Source of the DNA: an uncultured virus (IMG/VR IMGVR_UViG_3300020185_000037)
Taxonomy: Duplodnaviria > Heunggongvirae > Uroviricota > Caudoviricetes
DNA: 20,000 nt
Direction: 5' to 3' (one strand)
Virus record (IMG/VR): IMGVR_UViG_3300020185_000037
Coordinates: 52,032 to 72,031 of that record
Shown here one piece after another: positions 15,955-20,000 of the stretch; position 1 is the first letter of the stretch; each line of letters starts with the position of its first letter. Under the pieces are notes generated by a model that was not told the DNA's origin, did not search any database, and saw only the letters and a list, made by a program, of their open reading frames with translations. A program made the position numbers and the translations under genes.

Positions 15955-16267
15955 AAATTGCGTATCCGTATTCGTCATATAGGCTATGTACACCCTCAGC
16001 GTTATAACTACCTTTATTCCAATAGAAGCAGTCTGCTAAGTTAACTCTAGTCCAATCATGGGGCCCTTTGACATTAATCTTCTTCCATATGTAATACCAA
16101 GTTGATTGACCCATATTATCCATGTCAATATAGACATCGTGTTCACGTAATGGTTTTATCAATTCTCTAACTTGCTTTTCAGTTACTTCCTTACGATTAC
16201 TAACGGCGGCGGCTACTTGCGCTGGCGTTCCTGTCATGATGATCTCTTTAAGCTGTTCTGTTGTCAT
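15953..16267 (-). CDS. Hypothetical protein (104 aa)
   Basis: ORF track; bounded by repeats. Confidence 0.85.
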   Translation of the reverse strand: MTTEQLKEIIMTGTPAQVAAAVSNRKEVTEKQVRELIKPLREHDVYIDMDNMGQSTWYYIWKKINVKGPHDWTRVNLADCFYWNKGSYNAEGVHSLYDEYGYAI

Positions 16268-16275
16268 TTGATTAG

Positions 16276-16362
16276 TTCTTTAGTGGGTTTCCCCGATTGA
16301 TTACATAGTAAATATAGGCAAAATAATTGACATAAAAAAACTTTTTGCTCTTTTTTTTGAAA
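16276..16362 (-). promoter_or_regulatory. Class-1 promoter repeat, copy 10 (left arm of the divergent pair)
   Basis: Plus strand TTCTTTAGTGGGTTTCCCCGATTGATTACATAGTAAATATAGGCAAAATAATTGACATAAAAAAACTTTT. Confidence 0.95.
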
Positions 16363-16409
16363 CTTTTTTCTGTTCTTCAATATAATATAAGGTACTTACT
16401 TGCAATTTA

Positions 16410-16498
16410 TTTTGAAAATAATTGTCCAAAAGTTTTTTTATGTCGCCGGAATTGCCTATATTTACTATGTAATCAATCGGGGAAACCCACTAAAGAAA
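16410..16498 (+). promoter_or_regulatory. Class-1 promoter repeat, copy 11 (right arm of the divergent pair)
   Basis: TTTGAAAATAATTGTCCAAAAGTTTTTTTATGTCGCCGGAATTGCCTATATTTACTATGTAATCAATCGGGGAAACCCACTAAAGAA. Confidence 0.95.
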
Positions 16499-16503
16499 TA
16501 ATC

Positions 16504-16890
16504 ATGAGTAAAGTTATTTACAATCCAAACAAGTTTAACGAAGGTGTTAACATTTTCGTTAGTGTCAATCGTAGCTATAATACTAAAGGTGAATTCACCG
16601 GTCGTAGCCTTAAAGGGTGTATTGCCCGGGCATGGTACTTCTATAAAGAAGAAGAGCAGACATTAATAGAAGCCTTTGAAAAAGGTTTACCCGTAACAGT
16701 ATCGGGTATCTTACATGGTGAGAAGGTCGCGACATATATTGCTGAAGCATACGAGATCATTGATATTGCTGAAGAGAATCCTGAAGTTGGCCACTCACGT
16801 CGTTTTGAATTTAAGTTGACCTCACGTGTATATGAAGGCGCTCCAATTTGGAAAGGTAGTTTAGGTGCACATTCAGTTGCAGTAAAATAA
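16504..16890 (+). CDS. Hypothetical protein (128 aa, MSKVIYNP...)
   Basis: The track start (16345) reads through the repeat; the in-frame ATG at 16504 follows it. Confidence 0.8.
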   Translation: MSKVIYNPNKFNEGVNIFVSVNRSYNTKGEFTGRSLKGCIARAWYFYKEEEQTLIEAFEKGLPVTVSGILHGEKVATYIAEAYEIIDIAEENPEVGHSRRFEFKLTSRVYEGAPIWKGSLGAHSVAVK

Positions 16891-16976
16891 TTTGAAAATA
16901 GTTGGCTAAAAACTTTTTTATGTCAACTATTTTGCCTATATTTACTATGTAATCAATCGGGGAAACCCACTTAAGA
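16884..16976 (+). promoter_or_regulatory. Class-1 promoter repeat, copy 12
   Basis: AAAATAATTTGAAAATAGTTGGCTAAAAACTTTTTTATGTCAACTATTTTGCCTATATTTACTATGTAATCAATCGGGGAAACCCAC. Confidence 0.95.
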
Positions 16977-16984
16977 AAAAAGAA

Positions 16985-17587
16985 ATGAAAAATAAAACAC
17001 AATTCACAATCAACGGCATCAAGTTCAACGTTGCTAACCGCTTCGTACGTACCACAGACTTTTACGGCAAACCACTAAAGAATCCTAAATTATATATGGA
17101 TCATGCGGCTGTATCTAGTGTTGTTAAACAATACGCAAAGCAACAACATCCAGGAGTAACCTGTATGACTTCGAGTAATTCATTCTCTATGGGTAACTCT
17201 TGTAGTGTCTATCTAACAGATGAACGTGGACGCCATGCATCAGACGAGGTTGTTAAAGATATTCAATCTTTCGGTGACCAATTTGTTTACGGACGCTTTA
17301 ATGGTATGATAGACATGTATGAGCATAACGAAGCTGATGACATTATGACTCCAGAGGGATACGAAATAGATGCAAGTCTTAAGTACTTCCACGTTACTGA
17401 CACACCTAAGCATGCTAGTCTTCCTTCAGTTTATAAAATGATAACGGAAATGATGTCAGATGATTGTCCTTATGTTTTCGGTCAACAAGACTTTGAGGGT
17501 GCTGTTAAACATGCTAAGTCATTCGGTGCTTCTGATAAGCACATTGCTAAGGTTGTTGATATGATGATTGAAGATAATAAAAAATAA
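16985..17587 (+). CDS. LPD29 (large polyvalent protein domain 29)-like protein
   Basis: KQQHPGV...SNSFSMGNSCSVYLTD...FVYGRFNGMIDMYE matches my recollection of the LPD29 pattern (FPGVKFSV.S..FS.G.S..V.WTD...G.FdGM.D.Y). Confidence 0.7.
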   Translation: MKNKTQFTINGIKFNVANRFVRTTDFYGKPLKNPKLYMDHAAVSSVVKQYAKQQHPGVTCMTSSNSFSMGNSCSVYLTDERGRHASDEVVKDIQSFGDQFVYGRFNGMIDMYEHNEADDIMTPEGYEIDASLKYFHVTDTPKHASLPSVYKMITEMMSDDCPYVFGQQDFEGAVKHAKSFGASDKHIAKVVDMMIEDNKK

Positions 17588-17604
17588 AGGTTACGGAGAC
17601 TGAG

Positions 17605-17699
17605 TAAAATAGTTTGAAAGTAATTGACCTAAAGTTTTTTTATGTCGTTTATTTTGCCTATATTTACTATGTAATCAATCGGGGAAACCCACTAAAGAA
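17605..17699 (+). promoter_or_regulatory. Class-1 promoter repeat, copy 13
   Basis: TAAAATAGTTTGAAAGTAATTGACCTAAAGTTTTTTTATGTCGTTTATTTTGCCTATATTTACTATGTAATCAATCGGGGAAACCCACTAAAGAA. Confidence 0.95.
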
Positions 17700-17705
17700 T
17701 AAATC

Positions 17706-18092
17706 ATGAAAGTACAAATCCCAACTCAGTTAATGAACAAGGCCATCTTCCTTGCCAAAGAAAGTAACGGTCAAGTATTCCCATTTAAAGGAATGCCTGG
17801 TGAACTACCTCAACATAGTGCAGAGGCCTGGGGCCCTGCTAAGCTTATCGGCTTTGAATTCCTTCCTATCTATATGCAAGGATACAGAGGTGGTATTCCC
17901 GCGGGTTGTGAACTTGTGGCCGTAACCCCTAGTGGTGAGATGTATGAGCTAATGGGATTCGATGAGGTTGGCATGTTCGGTGAAGCCCTTTACGGATTTA
18001 CACCTAGTCATGGTAACGGTGACCTCAGCAAGTTTGAATTCATCCAAGACAAGTACATCTACCAACAAGCTCTAGACGCCGTTGCCCTGTAA
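17706..18092 (+). CDS. Hypothetical protein (128 aa)
   Basis: ORF track; bounded by repeats. Confidence 0.85.
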   Translation: MKVQIPTQLMNKAIFLAKESNGQVFPFKGMPGELPQHSAEAWGPAKLIGFEFLPIYMQGYRGGIPAGCELVAVTPSGEMYELMGFDEVGMFGEALYGFTPSHGNGDLSKFEFIQDKYIYQQALDAVAL

Positions 18093-18167
18093 AATAGTTT
18101 TAAAATAATTGACTAAATACTTTTTTATGTCGATTATTTTGCCTATATTTACTATGTAATCAATCGG
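18090..18167 (+). promoter_or_regulatory. Class-1 promoter repeat, copy 14 (no hairpin)
   Basis: TAAAATAGTTTTAAAATAATTGACTAAATACTTTTTTATGTCGATTATTTTGCCTATATTTACTATGTAATCAATCGG. Confidence 0.95.
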
Positions 18168-18174
18168 AATAATT

Positions 18175-19206
18175 ATGTTTGTATATCAAGTAGAAAACGG
18201 GAAGGCCACCCCAGTAAACAATGGCCCTGAATTAATCGGTACGTTCACAAAACCTTTTGTGCATTGGGACGGTAAAGGAACACCAAAGGAAAGGCTAGGC
18301 CCTCCACGTGGTTTCCGTATGTCTGACCATAAGATCAAGTCTACTACATCAGACACACTGCCACCTCAAATTAATGTAAGCCTCACTAAACTAGAGGACC
18401 TTAACATTAACCCCGACCTATTCATACCTATGAAGGCCAATACCATCTTTGATAAACTTATATCAAACGACGGTGGCATCCTTCCAGCAACTAACATCAT
18501 GGCTGCCGGCGCCCCAGGGGTTGGTAAGACCACAATCCTACTTGACCACCTTGCGCACCTACAAGCCAACGGTAACAAAGTACTCTTTATTTCAGCAGAG
18601 ATGAATGAGATGGACATGGCACGCTACCTTAAGCGATTCCCTAATTGGGCCAGCCTCCCCATCCTCTTTATGAACAACTACGAATCCCACGCCAACCTAG
18701 TAATAGAAAAAGTTCTAGAAGAAGGATACGACGTAGTACTCACCGACTCCTACACCGAAGTCAACGACACCGTTAAAGAACACACAGGCTGGACACGAGG
18801 CAAAGCAGAAAAATGGTTCCTAGACCTAATGACACAACACAACAAGTCCCAAGCACACACCGCCTTTGTTACAATACTCCAACTCTCTAAAGGAGGACAG
18901 TTCGTAGGAAGCAACAAACTCAAACACATGACCACCTCAATGATGAAGCTAGACTGGGAAGGTGGTGAGAACGGCCGTAGGTTCCTAGAGTTCTCAAAAA
19001 ACCGTGTAGGCGACGTAAACAAAAAACTCTACTTCTCATTTGAAGAAGGCATACAATTTAACGAAGCCCGATTCGAAACAGATATAGCCAATGACGAACT
19101 ACTCAAAGAAGAACGTAAACAACTGGAAACCGAAGGCGCCGCTTTCGACAGACTATTCGGATTTGACAAAGTCACAGAAGACACTAAAGATAGCGTAGAA
19201 CTCTAA
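18175..19206 (+). CDS. RadA/Sms-like RecA-superfamily ATPase without zinc finger or Lon-like domain
   Basis: GAPGVGKT Walker A, LFISAE, VLTDS Walker B, QLSKGGQFVGSNKLKHM (cf. RadA HVTKxGxxAGPxxLEHM), SKNRVG (cf. KNRFG). Confidence 0.85.
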   Translation: MFVYQVENGKATPVNNGPELIGTFTKPFVHWDGKGTPKERLGPPRGFRMSDHKIKSTTSDTLPPQINVSLTKLEDLNINPDLFIPMKANTIFDKLISNDGGILPATNIMAAGAPGVGKTTILLDHLAHLQANGNKVLFISAEMNEMDMARYLKRFPNWASLPILFMNNYESHANLVIEKVLEEGYDVVLTDSYTEVNDTVKEHTGWTRGKAEKWFLDLMTQHNKSQAHTAFVTILQLSKGGQFVGSNKLKHMTTSMMKLDWEGGENGRRFLEFSKNRVGDVNKKLYFSFEEGIQFNEARFETDIANDELLKEERKQLETEGAAFDRLFGFDKVTEDTKDSVEL

Positions 19207-19236
19207 ACTACCAAACATAAGGATTGATTACCCTTC

Positions 19237-19267
19237 AGGGACTCTCAGCAATGGGGGTCCCTTCTTT
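19237..19267 (+). terminator. Intrinsic terminator after the RadA-like gene
   Basis: AGGGACUCUCA-GCAA-UGGGGGUCCCU-UCUUU. Confidence 0.8.
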
Positions 19268-19269
19268 GC

Positions 19270-19790
19270 TTTAAGGGGCCTAGCCGACCGGGGGTAATCG
19301 CAACCGCGGCGTGTGTGTTAGTTGGCCCTCGCGTTTAACCCAGGCCCCTGAACATGGAACCCTCGCATGGAAACCTTCTTGTAATACTATTACCTGAACA
19401 TGAAGGAACTTTACATAAAGGCTTACTTAGATGGAACCTTAAGACCTCACGATGTTCGGTCACTTTCCCTTACGGACTTGTAACTGGAATTGGGTCCCTT
19501 TGCTTATATGTGTTATATGTAATGTGTATACTTAAGACTTAGAGTTGTTCTTACACTCGTATCATTATTATTGTTACTTATACTTCTTATGTTATCCTTA
19601 CTTATCTTTCTTATATTCTCTCTTATATCTTTATTATTATTACTATTATAATTATTATTGTGTTTGTGGGAAGGCTGATGTAATCTAGGTTGGTTGTTAG
19701 TCGTAAGGGTGTTAGTTTCTTAAATAGTGTTTATGGGCTTGTGGGGATAGTTTTTTGGAAGAACAACTGAAATAATTGAAAAATGGTTTT
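19270..19790. other. Non-coding region: GC-rich structured element, GGAAC(C)CT-type repeats and a T-rich low-complexity tract
   Basis: Seen directly; no credible gene. Confidence 0.65.
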
Positions 19791-19794
19791 TTTG

Positions 19795-19824
19795 TGAAAC
19801 AAGTGTAGAAACTGGTCATATAAA
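19795..19824 (+). promoter_or_regulatory. Class-2 promoter
   Basis: TGAAAC-N18-TATAAA just before the ATG at 19829. Confidence 0.6.
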
Positions 19825-19828
19825 TAAC

Positions 19829-19951
19829 ATGCGACAACTCTTATACCTCTTACCTTTATTACTTCTTACATGCCATGGAGAAGAGCCGTTTGTAATAGAC
19901 GGTGAATGGCAATTAAACCGTTTAGAATCTGTTAAAGACTACTACTTCTAA
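19829..19951 (+). CDS. Small putative lipoprotein (40 aa); not in ORF track
   Basis: MRQLLYLLPLLLLTC-HGEEPFVIDGEWQLNRLESVKDYYF; signal peptide ending in Cys. Confidence 0.55.
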   Translation: MRQLLYLLPLLLLTCHGEEPFVIDGEWQLNRLESVKDYYF

Positions 19952-20000
19952 TGCGTTTCTTGATTCCTTTCTTATTGTTTACTGTTTCAGTTTTTGGCCA
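19951..20000 (+). CDS. Start of a signal-peptide protein (MRFLIPFLLFTVSVFG...), truncated by the window
   Basis: ATG coupled to the preceding TAA (TAATG); hydrophobic N-terminus. Confidence 0.55.
   Translation, partial: MRFLIPFLLFTVSVFG

Noticed and set aside
16345..16503. N-terminal extensions of track ORFs 16345, 891, 2016, 4504 and 13252
   Set aside because: They run through promoters or overlap upstream genes; downstream ATGs fit better.
16504..16890. Resemblance to the C-terminal domain of LEM-3/GIY-YIG-associated proteins
   Set aside because: Only a loose pattern (SVNRSY...RAW...RFEF); too weak to call without a profile search.
16811..17002. Track ORFs 16811..17002(-) and 3557..3751(+) sharing NIGK..DIKK.LANYFQII
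   Set aside because: The shared peptide is the antisense translation of the promoter repeat.
14516..18167. CRISPR array
   Set aside because: Repeats are 60-90 bp, imperfect, on both strands and separated by whole genes; no cas genes.
14516..18167. Classical integron attC array
   Set aside because: No RYYYAAC/GTTRRRY ends or long attC palindrome, no integrase in the window, and the repeats look like promoters.
18366..19022. Minus-strand ORFs 18366..18617 and 18750..19022
   Set aside because: Antisense to the RadA-like gene.
19354..19542. 62-aa ORF
   Set aside because: Lies past a terminator in repeat-rich sequence, with no promoter or A-rich leader; probably spurious.
1..20000. Stop-codon reassignment
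   Set aside because: Conserved genes are uninterrupted under code 11 and coding density is high.

Overview
AT-rich, gene-dense segment of a large dsDNA bacteriophage, probably infecting Bacteroidota. Host evidence: a Bacteroidota-type ClpP N-terminus, A-rich start regions without Shine-Dalgarno sites, and promoter boxes resembling TAnnTTTG. Bases 1-12.3 kb are all on the minus strand and encode nucleotide, DNA-modification and proteolysis functions: HAD deoxyribonucleotidase, DUF932 protein, HExxH peptidase, Dam-like methylase, DUF6378, ClpP, a thymidylate-synthase-fold enzyme with the dCMP-type Asp, a ClpC lacking its N-domain, YkuK-like RNase H fold, LOG protein and thermonuclease. Bases ~13.8-19.2 kb form a divergent island of small genes (including LPD29 and RadA-like proteins) in which almost every gene sits behind its own copy of a ~60-90 bp promoter/stem-loop repeat. 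There are 14 copies in the window, five of them at 0.8-4.1 kb. The island is bracketed by hairpin- and repeat-rich non-coding DNA. A second promoter class, (TG/AT)AAAC-N17-18-TATAAT, precedes the metabolic genes. All family assignments are by motif recognition, not database search.
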